NCBI GenBank assembly: GCA_023412475.1
Contig: JAEYNR010000039.1
Span: 30,208 to 94,207 of the forward strand
Direction of reading: 5' to 3'
From: Fibrobacterota bacterium
GTDB taxonomy: Bacteria; Fibrobacterota; Chitinivibrionia; Chitinivibrionales; Chitinispirillaceae
Length of the DNA stretch: 64,000 nt
In this document: positions 31,501-41,341 of the stretch, piece after piece
Position numbering within the stretch: the stretch's first letter is position 1
Layout of the letters: every line of letters starts with the position of its first letter
Program-made: the position numbers and the translations under genes
Notes under the pieces: model-generated
What the model saw: the letters and a program-made list of their open reading frames with translations, nothing else
What the model was told of the DNA's origin: nothing
Database searches by the model: none

Positions 31501-33371
31501 GCACCACTTCCCATTGTTTCACGTGAAACCTTACTTTCAGTCTTAGTTATATAAATCGCAATTATTGAAATATCTGCTGGCGTTACTCCGGGAACCCTAG
31601 AAGCTTGTCCTAACGTTTCTGGTTTTATTTTTATTAACTTGTTTTTTGATTCGTTTAACAAACCAGTTATTTTTTCATAATCTATGTTTATAGGAATTAT
31701 TGTTTTCTCGAACCTTTTCATCTTTTCGATTTCATTTTTCTGTTTTTCAACAAAACCCATATATTTAATATCTGATTCCAAGTTTAACCAAAACTCTCTG
31801 TCCCCATCCTCGACAAAATGTTCATTTCTTAATACTTCCATAATTGAAACTTCAGGTCTCTTAATTAATTCATCTGCTTTTATGGAACCATAGATTTTGT
31901 AATCGTTTTGTTTATTCCATTTTTCTGCATCTATTTTTGTCTCTCTTAAATGGTTAATTAATTTTTCTTTTTTATTCCAGATTTTTTCTCTATTTATAAA
32001 GGTTTCTTGATCGATAAAACCATTTGTATAAGCTATTGGCATTAACCTTTCATCTGAATTATCCTGCCTCAATAATAACCTATACTCAGCTCTTGCAGTA
32101 AACATTCTATATGGTTCTTCTGTACCCCTGGTTACCAGATCATCAATTAACACTCCTATATACGAAACATCTCTTCCCAATACGATAGATTCTTCACCAA
32201 GTACTTTTTGACAGGCATTAATTCCAGCTACAATACCTTGTCCTGCAGCCTCCTCATATCCAGATGTTCCATTTATTTGGCCTGCAAAATATAAATTTTT
32301 TACATTTTTTGATTCCAACGTGGGTTTTAATTGAAGTGGAAAAAAGAAATCATACTCTATTCCGTAACCAGGTCTCATTATTACTGCATTTTCAAACCCA
32401 TCTAAACTATTTACCATTTTTTTCTGAACATCAATTGGCAAAGAAGTCGAAAGGCCGTTTAAATACATTTCATTATTGTCGATACTTTCAGGCTCTAAAA
32501 ATAATGTATGCCCATCTCTTTCTCCAAAGGTTACTACTTTTGTTTCAATAGATGGACAATATCTGGGTCCACTACTTTTAATTACCCCCGTGTATAAAGG
32601 TGATCTGTCCAGGTTATCAAAAATAAGATTATGGGTTGTTTTATTAGTTCTGGAGATCCAGCACATCTCTTTATTTTTTAATTTTTCTTTTGTACTATAA
32701 GAAAATGGCCATGGATTTTCGTCTCCATGTTGAGGAGTCAGTTTATTAAAATCAACTGTTCTTTTATCTATTCTTGGCGATGTTCCTGTTTTCAGTCTTC
32801 CATTTTTTATTCCAAAGGAATTTAAATTTTCCGTGAAATTTAATGATGGCGGTTCTCCTATTCTACCACTTGGAATAGAATTCATTCCTATATATGCAAG
32901 TCCATTCAGAAATGTTCCCACCGCAATTATCACTGCTTTACTTTCTACTTTTTCGCCTGAATCTAATTTTACTCCTATACATCTTTCGCTTTTAACACAG
33001 ATTTCTAATACCATTGCTTGCATTATTGTTATCTGATTATTGTTTTCTAAAAAATGCCTGGCTAATTTTCTATATAAAACTTTATCTGCCTGAGCCCTAT
33101 TACCCCATACTGCAGTTCCTTTGCTTTGATTAAGCATTTTAAAATGAATTCCTGCTATATCAATTATTTTTGCCATTAATCCACCGAGAGCATCAATCTC
33201 TCTTACAATATTCCCTTTTGCTATTCCTCCGATTGAGGGATTACATGACATTTGCCCAATAAGATCAATATGATTTGTAATAAGAACTACCTTAAGACCT
33301 TTTTTAGAAGCTATATTAGCTGCTTCAATTCCAGCATGACCTGCACCTATTACAATAATATCTGTTTTCAT
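31497..33371 (-). CDS. mnmG: tRNA uridine-5-carboxymethylaminomethyl modification enzyme MnmG/GidA
   Basis: FAD motif IVIGAGHAGIEAA, and GQINGTSGYEEAAGQG. Confidence 0.95.
   Translation of the reverse strand: MKTDIIVIGAGHAGIEAANIASKKGLKVVLITNHIDLIGQMSCNPSIGGIAKGNIVREIDALGGLMAKIIDIAGIHFKMLNQSKGTAVWGNRAQADKVLYRKLARHFLENNNQITIMQAMVLEICVKSERCIGVKLDSGEKVESKAVIIAVGTFLNGLAYIGMNSIPSGRIGEPPSLNFTENLNSFGIKNGRLKTGTSPRIDKRTVDFNKLTPQHGDENPWPFSYSTKEKLKNKEMCWISRTNKTTHNLIFDNLDRSPLYTGVIKSSGPRYCPSIETKVVTFGERDGHTLFLEPESIDNNEMYLNGLSTSLPIDVQKKMVNSLDGFENAVIMRPGYGIEYDFFFPLQLKPTLESKNVKNLYFAGQINGTSGYEEAAGQGIVAGINACQKVLGEESIVLGRDVSYIGVLIDDLVTRGTEEPYRMFTARAEYRLLLRQDNSDERLMPIAYTNGFIDQETFINREKIWNKKEKLINHLRETKIDAEKWNKQNDYKIYGSIKADELIKRPEVSIMEVLRNEHFVEDGDREFWLNLESDIKYMGFVEKQKNEIEKMKRFEKTIIPINIDYEKITGLLNESKNKLIKIKPETLGQASRVPGVTPADISIIAIYITKTESKVSRETMGSGA
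31515..31530. promoter_or_regulatory. parS centromere site (15/16 match to the palindromic consensus)
   Basis: TGTTTCACGTGAAACC versus consensus TGTTNCACGTGAAACA. It lies inside the 3' end of mnmG and encodes ...VSRET.... Confidence 0.8.
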
Positions 33372-33382
33372 AATTATTTTAT

Positions 33383-33398
33383 TGTTTCACGTGAAACA
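33383..33398. promoter_or_regulatory. parS centromere site (perfect 16-bp palindrome)
   Basis: TGTTTCACGTGAAACA, immediately after the mnmE stop and 12 nt upstream of the mnmG start. Confidence 0.88.
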
Positions 33399-34763
33399 TT
33401 ATTTCCCAATACAAAACTTACTAAAAATATTATTATATATCTCTTCCCTATCTCTTTTTCCATTAAATTCTTCTAAACAATCCAATGCGGTATGGAGGTA
33501 GTGAGCAGCAATTTCATTTCTATTCCAAAGCTCAATTGAATAGTCTATCTCTTTTTTCATCCTTTTTACTATCTCTTTATGTCTGCTATTTATTATAAAA
33601 TCAGGGATCTCTATTTCTTCTTCCTTCTCTGCTATTTTTCCTTCTATCTCTTTTATTACCCTATCTATATCTTCATTATTAAACAAACTTATTTTTATGT
33701 ATTTTATATTTTCATTTATAAAATATTTTTCTTTTTCTTCGTTTATTACAATATCGCTTTTATTTAATATTACTATATTACTACTATTGCAGATTTCTTT
33801 TATAAATAGTTTTTCTTTTTCTTCTATTTCCTGATCCAAACCTGAAATCCAAATCAATATTTTTGCTTTTCTAATTTCCTCTTTACTTCTTTTTATCCCA
33901 ATTTCTTCTATTTTATTTCTTGTTTCTCTTATTCCTGCAGAATCAGTTAGTGATACTTCATTACCATTTATAATAATTTTTTCTGTAATTATATCCCTTG
34001 TTGTTCCTGGTTCATTGTATGTAATTGATCTATCATATCCCAATATTTTGTTAAACAGGGTGCTTTTACCTGCATTTGCTGGTCCAGCAATTACTATTTT
34101 AATTCCATTCTCTACTTCTTCTATTATTTCTCTTTTTCTTATCTCTTTTTCTAATCGGTCTCTGATTTTAATAATTTTTTCTTTCTTATTATCTATTTCT
34201 TTTATATCATCTTCTTCTGCGAATTCTATTATCGCTTCTATTTCAGTCAGCACCTCAAATATTTCATAATATAAGTCATCTATTTCTTTTCTGTATCTTC
34301 CCTGATAAAGCTTCAATACTGTTTTTCTTTGTAATTCACTTTCTGATATAATCATTTCATTAATGGCTTCTGCTTTCATTAAATCAATCTTACCATTAAT
34401 AAAAGCTCTTCTACTGAACTCTCCCCTCTCTGCATTTTTTATTCCTGCATTAAGAAGTTCTGTCATTATTCTTTTTTTGTTTCTATTGCCTCCATGACAG
34501 AAAATTTCCACCATATCTTCCCCAGTAAAAGAAAATGGGTTACCATATTTAATTATGGTAACCTCATCTATAAAATCTCCGTTTTTTTGATCAATAATGC
34601 AGTGTAGATATATTTTTCTTTTTTCTTCTTTTAAAAACCTGTCTTTGTGTTTTAAGCATTTAGAAACTAGTTCGAAACTTTTTTCTCCTGTTATTCTAAT
34701 TATTCCAAGTGCACCAGTTCCTCCAGGAGTTGATATGGCTGCTATTGTTCTATCTTTTTCCAT
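33399..34763 (-). CDS. mnmE: tRNA modification GTPase MnmE/TrmE
   Basis: G1 GPANAGKSTLFN, G3 TDSAGIRET, and the diagnostic C-terminal FCIGK. Confidence 0.93.
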   Translation of the reverse strand: MEKDRTIAAISTPGGTGALGIIRITGEKSFELVSKCLKHKDRFLKEEKRKIYLHCIIDQKNGDFIDEVTIIKYGNPFSFTGEDMVEIFCHGGNRNKKRIMTELLNAGIKNAERGEFSRRAFINGKIDLMKAEAINEMIISESELQRKTVLKLYQGRYRKEIDDLYYEIFEVLTEIEAIIEFAEEDDIKEIDNKKEKIIKIRDRLEKEIRKREIIEEVENGIKIVIAGPANAGKSTLFNKILGYDRSITYNEPGTTRDIITEKIIINGNEVSLTDSAGIRETRNKIEEIGIKRSKEEIRKAKILIWISGLDQEIEEKEKLFIKEICNSSNIVILNKSDIVINEEKEKYFINENIKYIKISLFNNEDIDRVIKEIEGKIAEKEEEIEIPDFIINSRHKEIVKRMKKEIDYSIELWNRNEIAAHYLHTALDCLEEFNGKRDREEIYNNIFSKFCIGK

Positions 34764-36564
34764 TCTTACCTGAATTTTTCAACATTATTTTAGGTTCTTT
34801 TTTTTTTGTTTTTTCTGTAATAATCTGCTGAATTAAGGCTAAACCACTTTGAAATGTCCAATACAGTACAACTCCAGCCGGAAAATTATTGAACAAAACA
34901 AGCATAAAGATTGGCATGAAATATATCATAGCTTTTTGGTTAGGATCTTTTATGGTCATTTTGTTTTGATAATATTGAATTACAGCCATTAGAATAGGCA
35001 TTAATGCTACACTTGTTCCATACATTGGTATTCCATTTTTAAATATTCCGGTTATTGAAAACAATGATTCCGGCATTGATAGATCACTTACCCATGGAAG
35101 CAAAAATGTACTTGCCCCTCTAAGTTCAATTGCCTTTTTTAACACTACAAAAAGAGCTATAAAAATCGGCATCTGCAGTATCATAGGTAAACAACCAACA
35201 TCTAATGGGTTTACTCCCTCTTTTCTATACATTTCCATCAATTCTTCATTCATTTTTTTTGGATTATTTTTATATTTTTCCCTTAATGTGCTCATTTTGG
35301 GTTGCAGCTCTTTCATTTTATTCATCTTTTTTGTGCTGCTATGCATCATTGGAAATGTAACTACTTTTGAAATCAGCGTTAAAAGCAAAATTGCCAATCC
35401 GTAATCTTTTACTATATTGGTGAGGCTTAGAAGAATCCATAACACAAACTCGGCTATCGGAGGAAACCAACTGTCAGCAAAAATTGCTTTTGTCCAACCA
35501 GTTACAGGAAATAAAATCTTTTCGAATTTTATTTTTTCGCTTTTTAAGTTTTCATATTTGTTTGGTCCTGAATAAAACCAAAATCCTACTTCATTTTTCT
35601 CTGCTGTTTTTTCGTAGTTAATACTATAGTTTAATTCCTTGAATTTTTTATCTTTTTGTTCAACTTCAAATCCCTGATAGTTTATATCTGCATCCCCTAT
35701 CGAATCAGAAACTATTGCTACAAAAAAATACTTGGAAGTTACACCGATCCATTTGCACTGACCTGTTGTCCCTCCTTTACCTGCTTTTTTCATGTTTATA
35801 TGATTTACATTTTCTCCATTATAATAATGAACTACTCTTTTTTCTGTACTATTTGCATTATTCGCTTTTTCACTTTCCTCAATTCCACTATTCCATGATA
35901 CTTTTACTCTTTTTCCACTAAGACTATTTTGGCCTATTTTTATTCCTATTTTATAAGTATCATATCCAATAATAAATGTTTTGGTTAATATTTCATTATC
36001 ATTTTTATATTCAAAAACTATTTCTCTATTCTCATTTTCTTTTATTTTAATGTTTTTATTTTCATTTTTTAAGTTAAATGCTTTATTATCAAATGATTCT
36101 CCAGATATAGCTAACTGAGCAGCCTCTTCAGCATTAGCAGGAATGATATCTATAAAGTCTCCTTTTTTCCTAAAGCTGTCACTTTCTGAATACTTATAAT
36201 CTTTCATTTTTATTGATACTATATTTGCTCCCTTTTCACTAATACCAATTTTCATCTTTTGGTTTTCAACCCATATAGTATCAATATTTATTTTTTCGTT
36301 TTCTTGTTTTTCTTCATTAATATTTTCTTTTATTATTGTTTCATTTAAAGCCTCATTTTTTCCAATCTCTTTTATTTCATTATTTTCTCTTTTTTCTTCT
36401 TTTTTATTTTCTATTTCTTTATTTGATGTTGGGTAATTTTGATTAATAGCTACATATTTTTTTCCTTGTATTTTTTCTACCCAAAATTTTTGGTACGCTG
36501 GACTACTGAAAAAAGTTACAGCTCCTAATATTAGGATAAATGCGAATATAGTGTTCTTGTTCAC
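34750..36564 (-). CDS. yidC: Membrane protein insertase YidC (long form with periplasmic domain)
   Basis: N-terminal TM, large periplasmic domain, and the conserved 60 kDa-IMP C-terminal core (LLPWVSDLSMPE..., PMILQMPIFIALF). It also has a K/E/N-rich low-complexity insert after TM1. Confidence 0.9.
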   Translation of the reverse strand: MNKNTIFAFILILGAVTFFSSPAYQKFWVEKIQGKKYVAINQNYPTSNKEIENKKEEKRENNEIKEIGKNEALNETIIKENINEEKQENEKINIDTIWVENQKMKIGISEKGANIVSIKMKDYKYSESDSFRKKGDFIDIIPANAEEAAQLAISGESFDNKAFNLKNENKNIKIKENENREIVFEYKNDNEILTKTFIIGYDTYKIGIKIGQNSLSGKRVKVSWNSGIEESEKANNANSTEKRVVHYYNGENVNHINMKKAGKGGTTGQCKWIGVTSKYFFVAIVSDSIGDADINYQGFEVEQKDKKFKELNYSINYEKTAEKNEVGFWFYSGPNKYENLKSEKIKFEKILFPVTGWTKAIFADSWFPPIAEFVLWILLSLTNIVKDYGLAILLLTLISKVVTFPMMHSSTKKMNKMKELQPKMSTLREKYKNNPKKMNEELMEMYRKEGVNPLDVGCLPMILQMPIFIALFVVLKKAIELRGASTFLLPWVSDLSMPESLFSITGIFKNGIPMYGTSVALMPILMAVIQYYQNKMTIKDPNQKAMIYFMPIFMLVLFNNFPAGVVLYWTFQSGLALIQQIITEKTKKKEPKIMLKNSGKNGKR

Positions 36565-36576
36565 TTTAATACCTTT

Positions 36577-36819
36577 CTATTTTATAGGATCGTATCCACC
36601 TTTTGATAATGGATTACACCTGATTATTCTCATAATTATTACAATAAATGCTTTTAGTATTGGATAGTTCCTTATGGCTTCTTCGGCGTATACTGAGCAA
36701 ACAGGCTCAAACTTACAAGTTCCTTCCGGAATAAAGAAAATTGTCTTAAATAATCTTTTTCCTATTTTTATTATTACAATAATAGTTTCTTTGCATTTTC
36801 CTGCCATTGTTTGTAACAC
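36577..36819 (-). CDS. yidD: Membrane protein insertion efficiency factor YidD
   Basis: CKFEPVCSVYAEEAI...RIIRCNPLSKGGYDPI. Its 5' end overlaps the rnpA 3' end, so the exact start is uncertain. Confidence 0.8.
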   Translation of the reverse strand: MLQTMAGKCKETIIVIIKIGKRLFKTIFFIPEGTCKFEPVCSVYAEEAIRNYPILKAFIVIIMRIIRCNPLSKGGYDPIK

Positions 36820-37100
36820 TGCACCATTTCTTTATTTAAATCAATCCCAGTTTGGGGCTGGATGAGGATATCTAAGTAAGGTGGGAACTCTATTTTGTTT
36901 TTCCTGAATATTTCACGGAAGAACCTTTTAACTCTATTTCTTTTTACAGCGTTTCCCGTTTTTCTGGAAACAAGTATTGCCAGTCTATCGTTTTTCTCTT
37001 CGTTCTCTATATATATTATCTTATATCCATTACACTTATATCTCTGACCATTCTTTAATATTTCAGAGATGTCTTTTTTATTCTTTATAGTTTTTTTCAT
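36774..37100 (-). CDS. rnpA: Ribonuclease P protein component
   Basis: 108 aa and basic, with the RNR-type motif AVKRNRVKRFFREIFR. Canonical rpmH-rnpA-yidD-yidC order. Confidence 0.85.
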   Translation of the reverse strand: MKKTIKNKKDISEILKNGQRYKCNGYKIIYIENEEKNDRLAILVSRKTGNAVKRNRVKRFFREIFRKNKIEFPPYLDILIQPQTGIDLNKEMVQCYKQWQENAKKLLL

Positions 37101-37104
37101 CTCG

Positions 37105-37132
37105 AAAAAAGCACCTCTTCTTTTCGAGGTGC
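37105..37132 (-). terminator. Intrinsic terminator/attenuator between rpmH and rnpA
   Basis: The minus strand reads GCACCTC-GAAAAGAA-GAGGTGC followed by TTTTTT. It sits between the rpmH stop (37140) and the rnpA start (37100). Confidence 0.6.
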
Positions 37133-37139
37133 ATTCTTC

Positions 37140-37286
37140 TTACATTGAGTCGGATACAGTGAGCCTTTTTCTCCCTTTAGCTCTTCTGCTTTTAATCACT
37201 TTTCTTCCGTTTGCAGTTTCCATTCTTGATCTGAAACCGTGTTTGTTTACTCTTTTTCTTTTAGATGGCTGAAATGTTCTTTTCAT
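37140..37286 (-). CDS. rpmH: 50S ribosomal protein L34
   Basis: Not in the supplied ORF track because it is under 60 aa. My manual minus-strand translation gives [48 protein letters not shown]. Confidence 0.92.
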   Translation of the reverse strand: MKRTFQPSKRKRVNKHGFRSRMETANGRKVIKSRRAKGRKRLTVSDSM

Positions 37287-37404
37287 TTTTTATCTCCTTT
37301 AAAAATAATCTTTTAAAAATGTTTTACGAATCATGTTCAAGTCAAATGCTTTTTTATATATTTATATAGTTCTTTTTTTTTTCACAATCTTTTAATTTAA
37401 TACC

Positions 37405-38739
37405 ATGCATTCATCGCTTTGGCAAAATATTCTTTCATCAATTTCCAGTTCTATCGATGAACATCGTTTTGAGACGTGGTTTCGACCTCTTGTTCTAAAT
37501 TGCAGTTCTGATGTTAACACTCTATCCTTAGCGTCCCCTAACCAGTTTATTTCTGATTTTCTTGATCAAAATTACAAACATTTAATTCTTTCTACAGCTC
37601 AGAATTTTTCTGAAAATATAACAAATGTAGTATTTACAGTAGGATCATTACCTTCTCATCTTAGTGATGAAAAAATTAAAGGATCAATCCCTGCAACAAA
37701 ACCAGATCCACCCAGTTCTTTTCCTCAACTTAATAAACGTTTTACTCTTAATACTTTTGTTGTTGGTTCTGGCAATCAGTTTGCCAGAAGTGCTGCATTG
37801 GCTGTCGCTGAATCTCCAGGGAAAACAAAATTTAATCCTCTTCTTATCTATGGCGGAGTAGGTTTAGGAAAAACACACCTCCTTCAATCCATCGGTAATT
37901 ATATATTATCCTTTTCCCCCGGATATGTCGTTACATACATCACCTCTGAAGAATTTTATCTTAATTTTATAGATGCAATAAAAAACAATAACACTAAAAC
38001 TTTCACATCGCGTTTTCGTTCATCAGATCTTTTATTAGTCGATGATATTCAATTTTTAGCTGGAAAAGAAAGCACTCAAGAGGAGTTTTTCTATATTTTT
38101 AACACTCTTTACCAGAATGGAAAACAGATTGTCTTGACCTCTGATCTTCCTCCAAATTCTTTAAAAGGTTTACAAGATCGTTTAGTGTCCCGTTTCCAGT
38201 GGGGTTTATCTGTCGATATTCAACCTCCTGATCTTGAAACAAGAGTTGCTATTTTGAAAAAGAAAGCAGAAGAAGATAACCTAAGCATCCCTCAAGATGT
38301 TCTCTATTTTATTGCAGAAAATGTTTCATCTAATATTCGCGAACTTGAAGGTGTCGTTATTCGTCTTCTTGCATATGCTTCAATTACTAAAACTGATATA
38401 ACAAAAGACCTTGTTAAAAATATTCTTAAAGATTCTATTAAAACTGATAAATCACGTATTTCCATAGATAAAATTATAGAAAAAGTTGCCAATTTTTATA
38501 AAGTTCCTGTTAATAATATCCGTGAAAAAAATAGAAGGAAAGAGGTAGCACATTGCCGGCAAGTTGCAATGTACATTTCTAAGATGATTACGAATTATTC
38601 TTTAAAAACTATAGGTTTAAACTTTGGAGGAAGAGACCATAGTACTGTAATTCACGCAATACAACAGATAGACACTCTTTTGAAGAGCGATCTTTCATTA
38701 TCCAGAGATATAGATTTTTTAATTAATAGTCTTGAATAA
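37405..38739 (+). CDS. dnaA: Chromosomal replication initiator DnaA
   Basis: Walker A GGVGLGKTHLLQSIG, LLVDDIQFLAGKESTQEEFF, sensor and domain IV VAHCRQVAMYISK...GGRDHSTVIHA. Confidence 0.97.
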   Translation: MHSSLWQNILSSISSSIDEHRFETWFRPLVLNCSSDVNTLSLASPNQFISDFLDQNYKHLILSTAQNFSENITNVVFTVGSLPSHLSDEKIKGSIPATKPDPPSSFPQLNKRFTLNTFVVGSGNQFARSAALAVAESPGKTKFNPLLIYGGVGLGKTHLLQSIGNYILSFSPGYVVTYITSEEFYLNFIDAIKNNNTKTFTSRFRSSDLLLVDDIQFLAGKESTQEEFFYIFNTLYQNGKQIVLTSDLPPNSLKGLQDRLVSRFQWGLSVDIQPPDLETRVAILKKKAEEDNLSIPQDVLYFIAENVSSNIRELEGVVIRLLAYASITKTDITKDLVKNILKDSIKTDKSRISIDKIIEKVANFYKVPVNNIREKNRRKEVAHCRQVAMYISKMITNYSLKTIGLNFGGRDHSTVIHAIQQIDTLLKSDLSLSRDIDFLINSLE

Positions 38740-38979
38740 CTAACATATATTCTGTTATTAATTTGTGGATAATTTGTTAAAATAAGGTTATCAATATAGT
38801 GTTCTCAATTAATGCATTCATTTAAAAAAGTTATCAACATTATAAATTAATTGAAAATCAATCGTTTAAATGTTTTTCAGTACTTATCCACAGGACTATT
38901 ATCTAATACTTATTTAATATATTAGAAAGATTTAATAGTTTTAATATGTTCATAACGTACCTTTCTTATTGGAGCAAAC
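38740..38979. promoter_or_regulatory. Candidate oriC (dnaA-dnaN spacer) with DnaA boxes and AT-rich stretch
   Basis: Perfect boxes TGTGGATAA (38764-38772, reverse orientation) and TTATCCACA (38884-38892). A 1-mismatch box TTATCAACA (38831-38839) and a 2-mismatch box TTATCAATA (38788-38796). A very AT-rich tract at about 38893-38960 is a possible unwinding element. Confidence 0.7.
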
Positions 38980-40119
38980 ATGTCTATTTCAATTCAAAAA
39001 AAAGATCTACTTGATTTATTGCAGAAATCTTTTCCAATAATTCCTGCTAAGAGCTCACTTCAAATACTTACAAACTTTAAGTTTACCTATTCTGGTTTTA
39101 ATCTTGAAGTATCAGCAACGGATTTAGATCATTCCATGAGAGCCGTTTCTAGTGCAAGCGGGACAGGTCCTTTTGACGTTACAGTAAATGGGAGAAAAGC
39201 ATTTGAAATAGTACGAGAACTTCCGGAGGGAAATGTTACACTAAGTTTAGATGAAAATGTTCTTATAATTCAAAGCGATAGCGGCTTCTCATGTAAAATA
39301 GCAGGTTCTGACTCCAGAGATTTTCCAGGTTTTCCTGATATTTCATCGGATAATGAGTTTGAAATTTCATCATCTGATCTGAAGGATTTAATACTTAAAA
39401 GCAGCTTTGCTGTTGCTAAAGATGAAACCAGAGCTTGCTTATGTGGCATTTTCTGGGAAATAAATTCCGATAAAACCGGTATGGTTGCAACTGATGGTCA
39501 CAGGTTAGGTAGTTCCTTTATAAATAAAAATCTTGCTTTAGAATCAAAGGTAAGCGGTGTTGTATCTCCAAAGAGTGTGCTTAATTTAGTCAGGATACTA
39601 GACTCAAAAGCAGCAGATGAAATGGTAAAAGTGAATATTGGGGATAAATACATCAGCTTTTCAACACCGAATCTTATGATGTGCTCAAAACTGATAGAAG
39701 GTCCTTACCCAGACTATACCAAGGTAATTCCTAGAAATAATCCAAAGAAAGCAATTATAGAAAAATCTATTCTCCAGAATGCAGTTCGCAGAGTTTCAGT
39801 TCTATCTAACCAAAAAACTCATCTGGTAAAGTTTTCTTTTTCCAAAGGAAATTTAGAAATTGTAGCGCTGAACAGAGATATTGGAGGAGAGGCAAGAGAA
39901 ATTATTTCCATTGATTATGATAATGATAGTCATAATATTGGATTTAACGGAATGTATCTATCAGAAATATTAGACATCATTAAGACTCAAAAGGTAATGA
40001 TTGAAATGAATACACAGATAAGCGCGTGTTTAATCTTTCCTGTGTATGAAAATGATACTGATAGAAAAAGTGAAGATCTTTTTTTGATAATGCCGCTGAA
40101 GATCATGGAAGAAATTTGA
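38980..40119 (+). CDS. dnaN: DNA polymerase III beta sliding clamp
   Basis: 379 aa with three-domain clamp pattern (ATDGHRL, LIEGPYPDY). Position immediately after dnaA. Confidence 0.95.
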   Translation: MSISIQKKDLLDLLQKSFPIIPAKSSLQILTNFKFTYSGFNLEVSATDLDHSMRAVSSASGTGPFDVTVNGRKAFEIVRELPEGNVTLSLDENVLIIQSDSGFSCKIAGSDSRDFPGFPDISSDNEFEISSSDLKDLILKSSFAVAKDETRACLCGIFWEINSDKTGMVATDGHRLGSSFINKNLALESKVSGVVSPKSVLNLVRILDSKAADEMVKVNIGDKYISFSTPNLMMCSKLIEGPYPDYTKVIPRNNPKKAIIEKSILQNAVRRVSVLSNQKTHLVKFSFSKGNLEIVALNRDIGGEAREIISIDYDNDSHNIGFNGMYLSEILDIIKTQKVMIEMNTQISACLIFPVYENDTDRKSEDLFLIMPLKIMEEI

Positions 40120-40189
40120 AAAAAGAAGATAAACATTATAAAATCTATATGGTGAAAACAAATGTAAAATTTTTTTAAAAGAATGAGAA

Positions 40190-41341
40190 GTGAAAAGAAT
40201 ACTAAGAGTATGCTTTTGTTATGCCATTATTTCAAAAGTAACCTTATACGCTGATTTTGAGCAGAGTAATTTTACCTTTCACTCCCATTCGTTACATTTG
40301 TTTTCAAATCCATCGATTATTTCTACTCAACACGGGATTCCTTTTTCTGCTGTTTTTTTTCCTTCTGGTGAAGAAAAAAATGAGGCAGCGGCTGCTGTAA
40401 GTTTTATTCTGGAAAAAAACGCTTTTGCTGTAGGCTATGAGAGAAATGAAATTTATAATAATCGAATTATAAGCGGATATTCATTTAAAAAAGAGTTTTT
40501 CTTCTTTGGACCTTCATTTTCTTTTCTAATAGATTCTACCAAGGATCCTAATCTGCTTCTGGATGTGGCTTCTACAATACAGCTACCTCGATCCAGATAT
40601 ATTTCTCTTGTTCTAAAAAATATTATAGGTACTGAAAAAATTCGAAGATCTATGCCTCCTAATGGAAGACTGTCGTTTTTTGGAGGTTTTCCTGGGATAG
40701 AGGATGTTTTAGGGTTTGATATAAGCTATTATAGCAACTTCAATGATTTAAGCAAAGGAAGAATTAATCATGGTGCAAAATTAAATATAGCAGGTACTTT
40801 TTTAAAGTCTCCGATGATCTATTATTCAACCGGTTATGATTTGAATAGAGAAAAAAAAAGTATAATAAACCACTTTATATATGGCAAACTTGGTCTTCAG
40901 TTGAGAATAAATGAAATATCAGCCGGCTTATCTTACGGGGTAAGATACGATATAAATAGTTCTGATTATAAAATGCATCTGCAAGTGAATTTTAACCCAA
41001 CTACTTTTCAACACAATCATAAATTGCAAATTAATTTAAATATTAAAAAATCATATGAAAAAAACTCTGGGGTATATGTTTCCTTCGATTATATAGATTT
41101 ATTCAAAAGTGCTACAGTAAAAAAATGGGTATTAGTTATTTCTAAATTGCCTTCCAGTGATGGAGAAATTATAAAGAGTTTTTCTGGAGGCAATTTACCT
41201 CCATCTTCAATATATTGGAATTTCAAAGATGTATCGGGAAAATATTATGATCAGGAAGTTATTTATATTAGAGGTATTATTACTGATAATAGTAACAACC
41301 TTGCTGTAACACCCTGGATAACTTTTGATCCAAAGAAGTGA
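40190..41341 (+). CDS. Hypothetical secreted/outer-membrane protein (beta-rich N-domain plus about 100-aa Ig-like C-terminal domain)
   Basis: Signal-like N-terminus MKRILRVCFCYAIISKVTLYA (GTG start). Alternating aromatic/Gly beta-strand pattern. No family recognised with certainty. Confidence 0.45.
   Translation: MKRILRVCFCYAIISKVTLYADFEQSNFTFHSHSLHLFSNPSIISTQHGIPFSAVFFPSGEEKNEAAAAVSFILEKNAFAVGYERNEIYNNRIISGYSFKKEFFFFGPSFSFLIDSTKDPNLLLDVASTIQLPRSRYISLVLKNIIGTEKIRRSMPPNGRLSFFGGFPGIEDVLGFDISYYSNFNDLSKGRINHGAKLNIAGTFLKSPMIYYSTGYDLNREKKSIINHFIYGKLGLQLRINEISAGLSYGVRYDINSSDYKMHLQVNFNPTTFQHNHKLQINLNIKKSYEKNSGVYVSFDYIDLFKSATVKKWVLVISKLPSSDGEIIKSFSGGNLPPSSIYWNFKDVSGKYYDQEVIYIRGIITDNSNNLAVTPWITFDPKK

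Noticed and set aside
33399-36564. mnmE and the yidC N-terminus look more AT-rich and K/E/I/N-rich than their neighbours. This could mean a horizontally acquired block or a chimeric assembly.
   Set aside because: My spot counts of 60-nt lines vary from 18 to 38% GC within these genes and overlap the values for mnmG and dnaA. Synteny (parAB-rsmG-mnmG-mnmE-yidC-yidD-rnpA-rpmH|dnaA) is canonical, with parS at the junction. The low-complexity inserts explain the bias.
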